Assembly (NCBI GenBank): GCA_044229845.1
Contig: JBGASG010000006.1
Coordinates: forward strand, 224,001 to 288,000
DNA from: Candidatus Obscuribacteraceae bacterium
GTDB lineage: Bacteria > Cyanobacteriota > Vampirovibrionia > Obscuribacterales > Obscuribacteraceae
Length of the DNA stretch: 64,000 nt
Reading direction: 5' to 3'
Shown here in pieces: positions 1-9,725 of the stretch. The position numbers were made by a program, and so were the translations under genes. The notes under the pieces were generated by a model. It was not told the DNA's origin, did not search any database, and worked only from the letters and a program-made list of their open reading frames with translations. Each line of letters begins with the position of its first letter. Position 1 is the first letter of the stretch.

Positions 1-377
1 TGGTCCTGTCCCTGAAAGTTGTAGACTCCCTGCCAACGGCCGTCGAACACATAAACCACTACGGCTCGGGACACACTGATGCAATCGTGACCGCGAGCAA
101 GGACGCGTTCGATCTCTTCTTCGCCGCAGTGAATTCCGCCGGCGTCTACTGGAACGCATCGACGCGATTTGCCGACGGCTTCCGCTACGGGTTTGGTGCC
201 GAGGTCGGTATCAGCACCAATCGGTTGCATCCACGTGGTCCAGTGGGCGTCGATGGTATCACGACCTACAAATACAAACTCGAGGGACGCGGACACGTGG
301 TATCGGATTACACCGGAGCGGACGCCCAAAAGTTCACGCACAAAGACTTGCCGCTCGACGGAGGACAGGTCCCATAA
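1..377 (+). CDS. proA: Gamma-glutamyl phosphate reductase, 3' part (truncated by window start)
   Basis: Frame open from window start; [28 protein letters not shown] and RGPVG motifs. Confidence 0.95.
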   Translation, partial: VLSLKVVDSLPTAVEHINHYGSGHTDAIVTASKDAFDLFFAAVNSAGVYWNASTRFADGFRYGFGAEVGISTNRLHPRGPVGVDGITTYKYKLEGRGHVVSDYTGADAQKFTHKDLPLDGGQVP

Positions 378-513
378 CGCAGGAACGCGGCACATAACCC
401 AGGAACGCGGCACATGTCCACACAATCCATCCACAACCCAGGGCGCACCAGGCTGCACGCACAACTTACAACTTAGGACAACAAGCAACAGTAAGACTGA
501 TAGGATAGGCAGG

Positions 514-1350
514 ATGCTAAAAAACAAGAAGGTCGCAGTAATAGGTGTCGGCAAACTCGGTGAAGCTCTCATCTCCGGTTTGCTGAAACAAGGCGATTTG
601 AAAGCAACCGATATCACCGGCAGCGTTGCCCACGAATCATCCATCGAGCGAGTCAAGCAACGGCTCGGCATCGAGTCTTCACTGGACAACAAAGAACTGG
701 TGCGCGGCAAAGATCTCGTTTTGATTTCCGTCAAACCGCAAAACATGGATAAGGTAATCCGCGAGATTGCCGATGTGTTGACACCGGATCAATTGATCAT
801 TTCGGTGGCAGCCTCAGTCACCACCAAATTTATCGAAGAACGTCTGAACGGAATGCCGATTCCCGTGGTGCGCGCTATGCCCAACACGCCGGCCACCATG
901 AACGCCGGCATGACCGGACTCTGTGTCGGCAAGCACACATCTGCGCAACACAAATCTTCCGCCGAAGCAATTTTTAAATGCGTGGGCGAAACTGTGTTTG
1001 TTGATGAGGGACTAATGGATGGCGTCACGGCACTCTCGGCTAGCGGTCCAGCCTACCTCTACGTGATCATCGAATCCCTGGCCGAAGCGGGTGTCAAACT
1101 CGGCATTCCCCGCGACATATCGACGTTGTTGGCGTCTCAAACCATGCTTGGCTCCGCCCGCATGGTGCTGGAGTCCAAAGCGCACCCGGCACTGCTCAAA
1201 GATATGGTAACCACTCCAGCCGGTTGCACAATCGATGGACTCATGGAACTGGAGGAAGGCAAACTGCGTGTCACACTGATCAAAGCCGTCGTCAAAGCCG
1301 CCGAACGAGCACGCGAACTGGTCAATACTCAGAGTTCCAGCGACAAGTAG
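514..1350 (+). CDS. proC: Pyrroline-5-carboxylate reductase
   Basis: IGVGKLG Rossmann motif, SVKPQ, RAMPNTP, SASGPAY, VTTPAGCT; ATG at 514 chosen over the longer ORF. Confidence 0.95.
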   Translation: MLKNKKVAVIGVGKLGEALISGLLKQGDLKATDITGSVAHESSIERVKQRLGIESSLDNKELVRGKDLVLISVKPQNMDKVIREIADVLTPDQLIISVAASVTTKFIEERLNGMPIPVVRAMPNTPATMNAGMTGLCVGKHTSAQHKSSAEAIFKCVGETVFVDEGLMDGVTALSASGPAYLYVIIESLAEAGVKLGIPRDISTLLASQTMLGSARMVLESKAHPALLKDMVTTPAGCTIDGLMELEEGKLRVTLIKAVVKAAERARELVNTQSSSDK

Positions 1351-1375
1351 AAGCACCGCTCCAAGCACGTTTCCC

Positions 1376-2749
1376 ATGACTAGCACAAAGTACACACAAC
1401 CAATCGAGCAATCCTGTTACTGGCTGGCGACGCGGGCACCACGAGACCCAGAGCCGGCTTTGCAAGGAAACAAACAGTGCGATGTGGCAATCGTCGGCGC
1501 CGGCTTCACCGGTCTCTGGACCGCACATTTCCTGAAGCAGCTCGACCCGAAACTGGAAATCGCCATAGTCGAGCAAAACATCTGCGGGTATGGTGCCAGT
1601 GGAAGAAACGCCGGCATCATCAGCTCTTCCATAGATCACTCGCATGCTCTGGCGGTTGCTCACTTCGGTCGCGAGGACGCCGCAAAACTGGCAAGAATTG
1701 GGCACGAAAACATTCGCGAACTGGCCGAATTCGCCCATGACTGCGACGTGGAACTCAGCGGTCAACTATGCTTCGCATTGACTCCAGCACACCTGGAAGA
1801 CTGCCACCACAGTGCCGCTGTAAACGAAGAATTGGGCATCACCGGCAGCAAGGTTCTGTCCGCAGAAGAAGCACGCGCCGAGGTCAATTCTCCCATCTAT
1901 CTCGGCGCCGGTTATTCGCCAGGGGGTGGCATCATCAACCCAATCAAGCTGGTCGACAAATTGCGTAGCACCGCAACCAGTTCTGGTATCACCTTTTACG
2001 AACAGACCAAAGTCAGCAACATAAGTGGTGGCACAATAACCGCCAACGGCGGTTTCCTCAACGCCAATAAGGTGGTGCTAGCCACTGATGCATACACGCA
2101 CCACTTGTTTCCCGAACTTCTCTGGCGATTCATCCCCCTCTACGACTACGTGATCGTCAGCGAACCGCTAACCGCTGCACAACATCAGCAAATAGGCTGG
2201 AGAAACCGCCAGGGCGCTACCGACGGTCGTTCGTTCTTCAACTACTATCGCCTGACTGCCGACAATCGCATCGTCTGGGGAACCAGCGAAGCAGTCTACT
2301 ATCCGCCAAACAAAGTGGAGTTGAGCTGCGATCACTCGCAGCGTCACTACGACGAGCTGCTGGTCAGCTTCGCCCGACACTTCCCATACCTAGCCGATCT
2401 GAAGTTTCCCTATGCCTGGGGCGGTCCGATTGCATCCACCACCCGATTGACGCCATTTTTCGGCAGCATGGAAAACGGCAAGGTGATTTACGCACTCGGC
2501 TACACCGGACACGGAATCGGCACCACCCGCTTGGCAGGCAAGATACTTGCCCACATGGCTATCGCCCGAGAGACAGAACTCACCCAACTCAAAATGGTCC
2601 AGAAGAAACCATTTCCGTATCCACCCGAACCTATCCGCTCCATGGCCGTTAAAGCAGTCACGCGGTCACTGCAGCAAGTCGACGCCGGCGGACAACCAAA
2701 CTCGCTGCTAAAAGTTCTGGACGCCATGGGACTAGGTTTCTCCAGCTAG
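1376..2749 (+). CDS. FAD-dependent oxidoreductase (DAO family, PuuB-like amine oxidase)
   Basis: IVGAGFTGL, GASGRNAG, GYTGHG motifs; upstream of patA. Confidence 0.85.
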   Translation: MTSTKYTQPIEQSCYWLATRAPRDPEPALQGNKQCDVAIVGAGFTGLWTAHFLKQLDPKLEIAIVEQNICGYGASGRNAGIISSSIDHSHALAVAHFGREDAAKLARIGHENIRELAEFAHDCDVELSGQLCFALTPAHLEDCHHSAAVNEELGITGSKVLSAEEARAEVNSPIYLGAGYSPGGGIINPIKLVDKLRSTATSSGITFYEQTKVSNISGGTITANGGFLNANKVVLATDAYTHHLFPELLWRFIPLYDYVIVSEPLTAAQHQQIGWRNRQGATDGRSFFNYYRLTADNRIVWGTSEAVYYPPNKVELSCDHSQRHYDELLVSFARHFPYLADLKFPYAWGGPIASTTRLTPFFGSMENGKVIYALGYTGHGIGTTRLAGKILAHMAIARETELTQLKMVQKKPFPYPPEPIRSMAVKAVTRSLQQVDAGGQPNSLLKVLDAMGLGFSS

Positions 2750-2761
2750 TCAAGCACTCTA

Positions 2762-2944
2762 CCTGAATTGAAGCGATATCGCTTTAGCTCCCCAGCCTCG
2801 CCTGAACTGAAGCGATATCGCTTTAGCTCCCCAGCCTCGCCTGAACTGAAGCGATATCGTTTTAGCTCCCCAGCCTCGCCTGAACTGAAGCGATATCGCT
2901 TTAGCTCCCTAGCCTCCGCTCAACTGAAGCGATATCGCTTTAGG
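2762..2944. repeat. Tandem array of ~4.7 x 39-bp units, each carrying palindrome AAGCGATATCGCTT
   Basis: Unit CCTGAACTGAAGCGATATCGCTTTAGCTCCCCAGCCTCG starts at 2762, 2801, 2840, 2879 and 2918 (last degenerate). Confidence 0.95.
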
Positions 2945-2973
2945 TTTGACGGCGTGGAGAAGCGGCAGCCAGG

Positions 2974-3023
2974 GTTTTACCCGGGTAAAACTCCGATCGT
3001 GCCGAGTTTCACCCGGGTGAAAC
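2974..3023. promoter_or_regulatory. Pair of perfect 18-bp palindromes (candidate operators) upstream of patA
   Basis: GTTTTACCCGGGTAAAAC (2974-2991) and GTTTCACCCGGGTGAAAC (3006-3023). Confidence 0.5.
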
Positions 3024-3210
3024 GAGTGGCTGGGTTCCGGTTTCTTGGCAAGCCACCCGCTCAACCGATATCGCTTTAGCTTTGCTGTGCTGGGACTGGC
3101 ACGCCGAGAAATTTGGGACAAAAAGGCGTATGATCCACGAGCCAAGAGGCTTGGCGCGCCGGAAGGCAGTAAGCCGCGAGGCAAGAGAAGTATCTGGAGC
3201 CGAACGAACT

Positions 3211-4587
3211 ATGCCTCAAGATTTGAAGAAGGCGCAAAACACTGCTGCCGAGGTGATGAATCTGATCAACAAGCAAAAGCTTGATGAGTCGGAGCGCAAA
3301 CGAGTCATCGAAGACTCGGTCAAGTATTGGAAAGAGCATGTCAATGAAGGGTTCCTGCAGTATCGCAAATCGGTTAGCACCGACTACACAGCGGTCGAAT
3401 GGGAAGATGAAGGCGCCGTCTTCCGAGATATCAACGGAAAAGAATTCATTGATATGCTGGGCGGCTTCGGCATCTATAGCGTAGGGCACCGGCACCCCAA
3501 AGTGCTCGCCGCCGTCGAAAATCAATTGAAGCGCCAAGGCATTCATTCGCAAGAACTGATCGATCCGCTGCGCACCTATTTGGCACACCTGGTGGCATTG
3601 ATCACGCCGGGTGAGTTGCAGTATTCGTTTTTCAGCAACTCAGGCACCGAATCGGTGGAAGCATGCCTGAAGATGGCGATGCTCACCACCGGGCGCCACC
3701 ACTTCGTCGGCGCCATCGGCGGGTTTCACGGGAAGACCCTGGGGTCCCTGGGAGGTACTTCGAAAGCGGTATTTCGCGAACCATTCCTGCCGCTTCTCAA
3801 CTGGAGCCATGTTCCGTTCGGTGACGTCGATGCACTGAAAACGTTTCTTCACAGCTGTGACTTCTCCGGCGACAAGGTAGCAGCAGTCGTGCTGGAACCG
3901 GTGCAGGGCGAAGGCGGAATCAACGTTGCGCCCCGCGGATATCTGCCGGCGGTGCGTGAGCTGTGCGACAAGTATGGCGCGATGCTGGTGCTCGACGAAA
4001 TTCAGTGCGGCATGGGACGCACGGGCAAGATGTTCTATTGCGAGCACGAAGGAGTGACTCCCGATCTGCTGGCGCTCGGGAAGGGATTCGGCGGCGGCGT
4101 CATGCCGATTGGTGCCTGCGTAGGCACACCCAAAACCTGGGAGCGGTACATCGAGAATCCGTTTTTGCACACCACTACATTTGGTGGCAACCCGCTGGCC
4201 TGCGCCTCGGCGATCGCCACCATTTCGGTCTTGCTGGAAGAGAATCTCGTCCAGCAAGCTCAGGAAAAGGGCGACTACATGTTGCCGCGGCTTAACGAGC
4301 TCGCTAAGAGTTATCCCCAGGTGATGAGCAGCGCACGCGGAGTCGGACTGATGCTGGGCATGGAGTTTGTCGATCACGATATGGGCTATGCGGTGGCAAA
4401 AAATCTGTTCCAGCGCAATATTTTGATCTCCGGAACATATATCAATGCCCGCGTGTTACGCATTGAACCACCGCTGGTGATCAGCTACGAGCAGATTGAT
4501 AAGTTTCTCAAAGCCCTCGAAGAGTCGCTTGCACAAGTCTACAAAGAGAAAGGTATTCAGACGACCGCAGCGTCTGCCTCACGCTGA
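3211..4587 (+). CDS. patA: Putrescine aminotransferase (class III PLP aminotransferase)
   Basis: HVNEGFLQYRKSV, FSNSGTESVE, EPVQGEGG, DEIQCGMGRTG, LGKGFGGG, HTTTFGGNP; GGAG upstream of ATG 3211. Confidence 0.88.
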   Translation: MPQDLKKAQNTAAEVMNLINKQKLDESERKRVIEDSVKYWKEHVNEGFLQYRKSVSTDYTAVEWEDEGAVFRDINGKEFIDMLGGFGIYSVGHRHPKVLAAVENQLKRQGIHSQELIDPLRTYLAHLVALITPGELQYSFFSNSGTESVEACLKMAMLTTGRHHFVGAIGGFHGKTLGSLGGTSKAVFREPFLPLLNWSHVPFGDVDALKTFLHSCDFSGDKVAAVVLEPVQGEGGINVAPRGYLPAVRELCDKYGAMLVLDEIQCGMGRTGKMFYCEHEGVTPDLLALGKGFGGGVMPIGACVGTPKTWERYIENPFLHTTTFGGNPLACASAIATISVLLEENLVQQAQEKGDYMLPRLNELAKSYPQVMSSARGVGLMLGMEFVDHDMGYAVAKNLFQRNILISGTYINARVLRIEPPLVISYEQIDKFLKALEESLAQVYKEKGIQTTAASASR

Positions 4588-4640
4588 GCGTATGAGCCGT
4601 ATAATTTAGTGGACGGCTCAGGAAACACAGGTATCTTCAG

Positions 4641-5186
4641 ATGGCAGTAATTGCGGTGGACATGGATGACGTCGTGGCGGACGCGCTTGGCGAACATCTG
4701 CGGCGTTACAACGAAATGTTTGGAACCACGATCGAACGCACGCATCTCAACGGCAAACCGCTGCGTCATATTATTCCTGCCGAGCACCGGCAAGCCGCCC
4801 ACGATCTGTTGCACCAGCACAGTTTCTTCGAGCAGTTACATGTGCTGCCCGGGGCTCAGGAAGTATTGCACGAACTGAGCCGCACGCACGAAGTATTTTT
4901 TGCCAGCGCCGCTATGGAAGTGCCTTGCTCGTTTGCCGCCAAGTTCGATTGGTTGCACAAGCATTTCGCATTCATTCCGCCGTCCAACTGGGTATTTTGC
5001 GGCGACAAACATATCCTCGCGGCAGATTATCTGATCGACGACAACGCGCGTCACTTCCAGAAATTCAGGGGCACCGGCATTTTGTTTGATGCACCGTACA
5101 ACCAGCACGTGACGGGATACGAGCGCGTGCATAACTGGTTCGAGGTGCGCGATTACTTTGCAAAAACGAGTTGCCCGCAACCGTGA
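4641..5186 (+). CDS. 5'(3')-deoxyribonucleotidase (NT5C, HAD family)
   Basis: VDMDDVVAD, FCGDK, LIDD motifs. Confidence 0.85.
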   Translation: MAVIAVDMDDVVADALGEHLRRYNEMFGTTIERTHLNGKPLRHIIPAEHRQAAHDLLHQHSFFEQLHVLPGAQEVLHELSRTHEVFFASAAMEVPCSFAAKFDWLHKHFAFIPPSNWVFCGDKHILAADYLIDDNARHFQKFRGTGILFDAPYNQHVTGYERVHNWFEVRDYFAKTSCPQP

Positions 5187-5267
5187 TTGCGGACAACTCG
5201 GGCCCATCAACTAGCGCCTGCCTGGCGCCTGCCTAACGAAAACGTACTTTTTTGAGAGCTTTGAAAT

Positions 5268-6128
5268 CTAGTTAGCCTTGACTCCGAACAACTTCGGAAT
5301 CGGCACATAGTACGGAACCGGAATGTTCGTCGACACACCTGTGAGTATGTTTCGCAGCGACACATCAATTTGACCGGTCTTCGGATTTTCGATCGCCTGG
5401 AAATCGAACTGCTTCTTGAAGCCCTGGTCGCCGGGCGTATTGAGCATCTTGGTCAACCACGCCACGCCGTTCTTGCCGAACACACCCTCGCGCGCATCTT
5501 CGTACGCCTGGCGAATCTCCTCGACAGGTATGTTTCCATTCAGCAGTCCATTCATAATCGAGCCGGAAACGGCCTTCAGCTTCTGCTCCTGTTCCTGGCG
5601 CAGCTGCTCGGCGCGGTGCTGCTCTCGCTGTTCCGATTCTTGAGGAGTGAGCATTTCGGTTGTCTTGCCGCCGGTATTGGTTTTGATGATGCGGTTGCCC
5701 TGCACTACGACGGTATCGCCGGACGGCATGGTCACATACTGACGATCGCCTTCCTTGCGAATCTGGAACACACCGCCCGTGGAGCTGGTCGTGATAGTCC
5801 CGTCTGCCCCCACTTGCACCTTGGCTATCGCGTTGCCGAATTTATCGAGATTTGCCACCGCCTGCGAACCGTCGCCGTTCGTGCGGAAGATCGAGTTGCC
5901 CGGCAGTTCATTCTGCTGCGGCTTCGAACCGACAACAATCTCTGGACGAAACTTCATCTTCGCCGCCAGCAATCCCAGTCGGTCGGCGAATGAGGGCGGT
6001 TCCGCGCCTTCAAAAGCTACGTCGCCGTACAGGTTTTCCGATGTTTCGGTTTCCGATCCGGCTCCCGCCGGCGGCACCAGCTTGACCTTATTCTCAATTG
6101 GTATTGCTTGCTCTTCCATGAGTTCCAT
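5268..6128 (-). CDS. Hypothetical protein (beta-rich middle, Q/E coiled coil)
   Basis: Long ORF with host-like codon usage; start uncertain (6128 or 6119). Confidence 0.7.
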   Translation of the reverse strand: MELMEEQAIPIENKVKLVPPAGAGSETETSENLYGDVAFEGAEPPSFADRLGLLAAKMKFRPEIVVGSKPQQNELPGNSIFRTNGDGSQAVANLDKFGNAIAKVQVGADGTITTSSTGGVFQIRKEGDRQYVTMPSGDTVVVQGNRIIKTNTGGKTTEMLTPQESEQREQHRAEQLRQEQEQKLKAVSGSIMNGLLNGNIPVEEIRQAYEDAREGVFGKNGVAWLTKMLNTPGDQGFKKQFDFQAIENPKTGQIDVSLRNILTGVSTNIPVPYYVPIPKLFGVKAN

Positions 6129-6302
6129 CCTTTGGTAAATCCTTGCCTGCTGCGTCCAATGTACGTCCGAGCGCGGCGCGCAACAACGAACAAGAATGTG
6201 AAGACCGCTCGCAGGCAGGCACGCCGGTCGGTTGCATAATTCCACAGTTGCCCACCGGGGCGGATACAGTTGCCAAATACATAAGGCTGCTAAGATCTCC
6301 CC

Positions 6303-7148
6303 ATGGCAAATGGAATCAGAGCTTCAGTTTCACTGGCTGGCGCGTTTGCGCTGCTCGCTGTTTCGACAATTTGTTCAACGCCGACCCGAGCAGAGATTCT
6401 GTCCGAAGATAAGAGAGTCATCTCGGGCTATACGCTCGTGTTTCGCAAATTCAATTGGAACAGCCAATTCGGCACCATCCTGGAAATCAAAAAAGGCAAG
6501 CGCCGTGTGCTGCGCCGCCAGGCACACGGCTTGTGGATCTTCTCGATGGACAAACAGGCTGAGTCCTTCGACTTGAAACCGAGTGATCCGGTGCGCGTCG
6601 CCGACTTGAACGGCGACGGCGTTAAGGATGTCGTGATTCAGGAGTGGAGCGGTGGTGCTCACTGCTGTTATACCTACGACATTTACTCGCTTTTGCCCGG
6701 CGGTCTGAAAACCATCTGGCACTGCGACGGCGGCGACGGACATCTAGCAATCGAAACACCCAAGAAAGGCCCGGCGGTGCTGGTTATAGAAGATGCCAGC
6801 CTGGCGTACTGGGTAACCAGTTTTGCCGACGCACCGATTCCCAAAGTCTATCTGCGCTGGACAGACGGTGCGTTCCGCGTTGATGCAAAAAGAATGCGCA
6901 AACCAGTCGATCCCCAGAAATTCAAAGAGTGCGCCGCTGATCCAAATTCTATTGCATCGGCAAAATACTTCGTGCAACTGGTTTACGAAGGACACGCGGA
7001 CAAAGCCCTGGAAGTGCTGAGCAAGCTGTCGCCGGCGGAACGAAAAGAGTTTCTCAAAGGATTCAATGAAAACTTCAGGAAGAGTCCTCACTATTCGCAG
7101 ATAATCGCCCTCAGCGATCCGCGCGCGATCCGCCGCCTCAAAGGTTAG
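6303..7148 (+). CDS. Secreted hypothetical protein with FG-GAP/VCBS-like DLNGDG and SGGAHCC motifs
   Basis: N-terminal signal peptide (..TRA-E); ADLNGDGVKD; WSGGAHCC. Confidence 0.75.
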   Translation: MANGIRASVSLAGAFALLAVSTICSTPTRAEILSEDKRVISGYTLVFRKFNWNSQFGTILEIKKGKRRVLRRQAHGLWIFSMDKQAESFDLKPSDPVRVADLNGDGVKDVVIQEWSGGAHCCYTYDIYSLLPGGLKTIWHCDGGDGHLAIETPKKGPAVLVIEDASLAYWVTSFADAPIPKVYLRWTDGAFRVDAKRMRKPVDPQKFKECAADPNSIASAKYFVQLVYEGHADKALEVLSKLSPAERKEFLKGFNENFRKSPHYSQIIALSDPRAIRRLKG

Positions 7149-7365
7149 TGGCACACGCTTTTGTAGCGCGCGCGTTGCTTCGCACAGGGCGACATTGGCT
7201 AGCATGACTCAGTCCAAGCAGCAACACGCAGCTGATTGCCGCCACCAGCATCGGCAATCCGAATGTTCGGTCGGCATGACGCCAGATCATCTCGTTGGCC
7301 CAGAAAGCGACAACGACAGAGACACCGATCAGGATTCCATAGAGAGTTGGCAGTACCGATTTCAT
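7138..7365 (-). CDS. Small two-TM membrane protein
   Basis: Two hydrophobic segments; GAGGAG RBS upstream. Confidence 0.55.
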   Translation of the reverse strand: MKSVLPTLYGILIGVSVVVAFWANEMIWRHADRTFGLPMLVAAISCVLLLGLSHASQCRPVRSNARATKACATNL

Positions 7366-7583
7366 GCAATGCTCCTCGAAGTGGTGTCTCCATCATCACT
7401 CCCCCTCGATTTCAGGACATCGGGAGCAAGGCGGAATCTTCGTAAGTGTGGATTGAATCAGAAGGACTAATCTCGTAACCTCGGGTTCACCCCAGGTCAC
7501 CCCTACCGACCACCCCAACGCCACTTACCCATGCCAGCCGGTGAATGGCCGGACGTGTAGAATGCGAAAAGGAGCGAGATGAC

Positions 7584-8942
7584 ATGTTTCAGCGTCCGCG
7601 CAGATACGAACAAGACCGCTTGCGAGAAGCGCCGCCGCGCCCTCTCTGGCTGCGGCGTTCCGATAGCTGGCGGAGCCGGCAGTTTGAGTTCGAGTTCAAA
7701 GCGATCGAATGCGAAAGGCGCCGGGTCGCTAAAGATCTTCATGACGAAATTTTACCGTCGCTGGTGCGATTGATTCGTTCTATCCAGAAGCATGAGCGCA
7801 CCGGACCGCTACTCGATGAATTGCACAGCACGGTGGCGGCGTTCCGCGATTTGCTGGGCGAGCTGCACCCGGTCGAACTGGACGAGTTCGGACTGGTGGC
7901 AGCCCTCACCAACATCACCAGTCGCCATGCTCGATTGAGTGGACGCTTTATCGGGTTTATCGAGCGGGATGAAGAGTGCCCGCTTTCCGAGTTGCAGCAA
8001 CTCGCAGTATTCCGCGCCATGCAGTGCGTGTTGCGCATGTTCGCCAGGTCGGAAAACGACATATTGATCATTACCTACGACCGCATGGCGACGGGCTGCG
8101 CGATCGCCGTTCGCTGCGTCGACAAACGTGTCTCATCGGCGCGCTGGCTCTCAGCGGAGCAACCGGAGTTCGTCATGTTCGAGTCATGGTGCGCTCTCTC
8201 CGGCGCCAGCGCCGAGCTGGGCACCAGCCCGGCCTGCGGATTTCCGCGCGATCTGCTGCTCTCCATAAATGAACAACCTGGCGACATTTGGGGCGGTGCT
8301 TTAACCGCGGGTGAAGGTGGCGGCGACGATCAATCCTTCTTCGAAGCAATGGCGGTAGCAGCCGAGCGCAAAAGGATCTCAGCGGAAATCGACAGCTTGA
8401 TCATGCCTCATCTCGACAGGATTATCACCCTGTCCGAGCAAGCCAACGACAATCGACTGGCCATGGAGATTCGCCAGCGCATCGAAGTGATCGCAACCGG
8501 CGTTGCCGGCATCATGTCCGAGTTACACCGCCGGCTCCTGGCCGAGGCTGGATTGGTTTGTTCAATAAAGAGTCTGGTCGAACGCTTTCGGCAAGCGACG
8601 GGCATCGAAACGGCGCTGTTCACCAACATCTCGCCCGCCGAGATCAATCTCACCGCCGACTGCAACCTGGCACTATATAGAGTCACCCAGGAAGCGCTCA
8701 ACAATGTCGAGAAACATTCACACGCGTCGCGCGTGCTGGTATCACTGCACCGAACCGCTGGGCAGCTGACGGTGTCAATCGAGGACAACGGGCGCGGCAT
8801 CACAGAGAAGCAGGTAACCCAGTCGCGCGGACTGCGCAATATGAGCGAACGCGCGGACGGCATCGGCGCACAAGTTACGTTCAGCAAGTCGATCTCATTC
8901 GAGAGCGGAACTTTAGTGTCTATCAGCATTGCATTGGACTAA
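7584..8942 (+). CDS. Cytoplasmic HisKA_3 (NarX/DegS-type) histidine kinase with internal tandem duplication
   Basis: ERRRVAKDLHD H-box; C-terminal QEALNNVEKHS, IEDNGRG, GLRNMSER boxes; AAGGAG RBS; no TM segment. Confidence 0.85.
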   Translation: MFQRPRRYEQDRLREAPPRPLWLRRSDSWRSRQFEFEFKAIECERRRVAKDLHDEILPSLVRLIRSIQKHERTGPLLDELHSTVAAFRDLLGELHPVELDEFGLVAALTNITSRHARLSGRFIGFIERDEECPLSELQQLAVFRAMQCVLRMFARSENDILIITYDRMATGCAIAVRCVDKRVSSARWLSAEQPEFVMFESWCALSGASAELGTSPACGFPRDLLLSINEQPGDIWGGALTAGEGGGDDQSFFEAMAVAAERKRISAEIDSLIMPHLDRIITLSEQANDNRLAMEIRQRIEVIATGVAGIMSELHRRLLAEAGLVCSIKSLVERFRQATGIETALFTNISPAEINLTADCNLALYRVTQEALNNVEKHSHASRVLVSLHRTAGQLTVSIEDNGRGITEKQVTQSRGLRNMSERADGIGAQVTFSKSISFESGTLVSISIALD

Positions 8943-9073
8943 CAGCTGCGAGAGACCCACGTTGCAGAAACAGCGATTAGGGTGATCCCCAGGTCGACAT
9001 TGAGGAGGCGCTGAGTATCAGCGCTGCCGGTGCTTGAAATAATCGACTTCAGGCTGACCTGGGGGATTGCTTT

Positions 9074-9652
9074 ATGGCATCAATCAACTTTCACACGCGC
9101 GAAATTTCCTGCAAACTCGTTTACTACGGCACTGGACTTGGTGGCAAGACCGCCAATCTGAAATATATATACAGCCAGCTGGCACCGGACACGCGCAGCG
9201 AAATAATCTGTCTGGAAACCGATACCGAGCGTACTCTGTTCTTCGATTATCTGGGACTGGATCTGGGTAAAGTGCAGGGTTTTACGACACGATTTTCACT
9301 CTACACTGTGCCGGGGCAAGTGGAATACAACGCCAGCCGCAAGCTAATCTTGAACGGAGTGGACGGCATCATCTTCGTCGCCGACTCCGACGTGTTGCGC
9401 CGCAAAGACAACATTTCTTCATTGCAGAACATGATCGAAAACCTGATGGAGTTCCGGGTTTCGCTGGACGATATTCCGTGGATATTGCAGTATAACAAGA
9501 GGGATCTCAACAACGCCATGCAAGTAAGCATGATGGAAGCAGATCTCAATCTTGGCGGAGTACCGGCGTTCGAGGCGATCGCGTCGGAGGGTTTGGGCGT
9601 ATTTGCAACACTCAAATCACTGGCGAAACAGGTCCTCAACCGCCTGGCGTAG
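9074..9652 (+). CDS. mglA: MglA-family small Ras-like GTPase
   Basis: KLVYYGTGLGGKT, RTLFFD, YTVPGQ, GVDGIIFVADS, QYNKRDL match MglA signatures. Confidence 0.9.
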   Translation: MASINFHTREISCKLVYYGTGLGGKTANLKYIYSQLAPDTRSEIICLETDTERTLFFDYLGLDLGKVQGFTTRFSLYTVPGQVEYNASRKLILNGVDGIIFVADSDVLRRKDNISSLQNMIENLMEFRVSLDDIPWILQYNKRDLNNAMQVSMMEADLNLGGVPAFEAIASEGLGVFATLKSLAKQVLNRLA

Positions 9653-9725
9653 TGGCACCGACTTGACGGAACGCGGTAACAGGGGATTGTGAGGAACAGA
9701 AGATGGGCACTGTGAGGAGCAGAAG

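Noticed and set aside
373..415. 21-bp tandem repeat between proA and proC
   Set aside because: A two-copy local duplication with no other occurrences noticed; likely trivial.
2762..2944. CRISPR array
   Set aside because: Spacers are near-identical, the period is only 39 bp (29-30 bp in other clusters) and no cas genes are present.
2768..3079. ORF with KRYRFSSPASPEL repeats
   Set aside because: A translation artefact of the 39-bp DNA repeat; the same core occurs with periods that are not multiples of 3 elsewhere.
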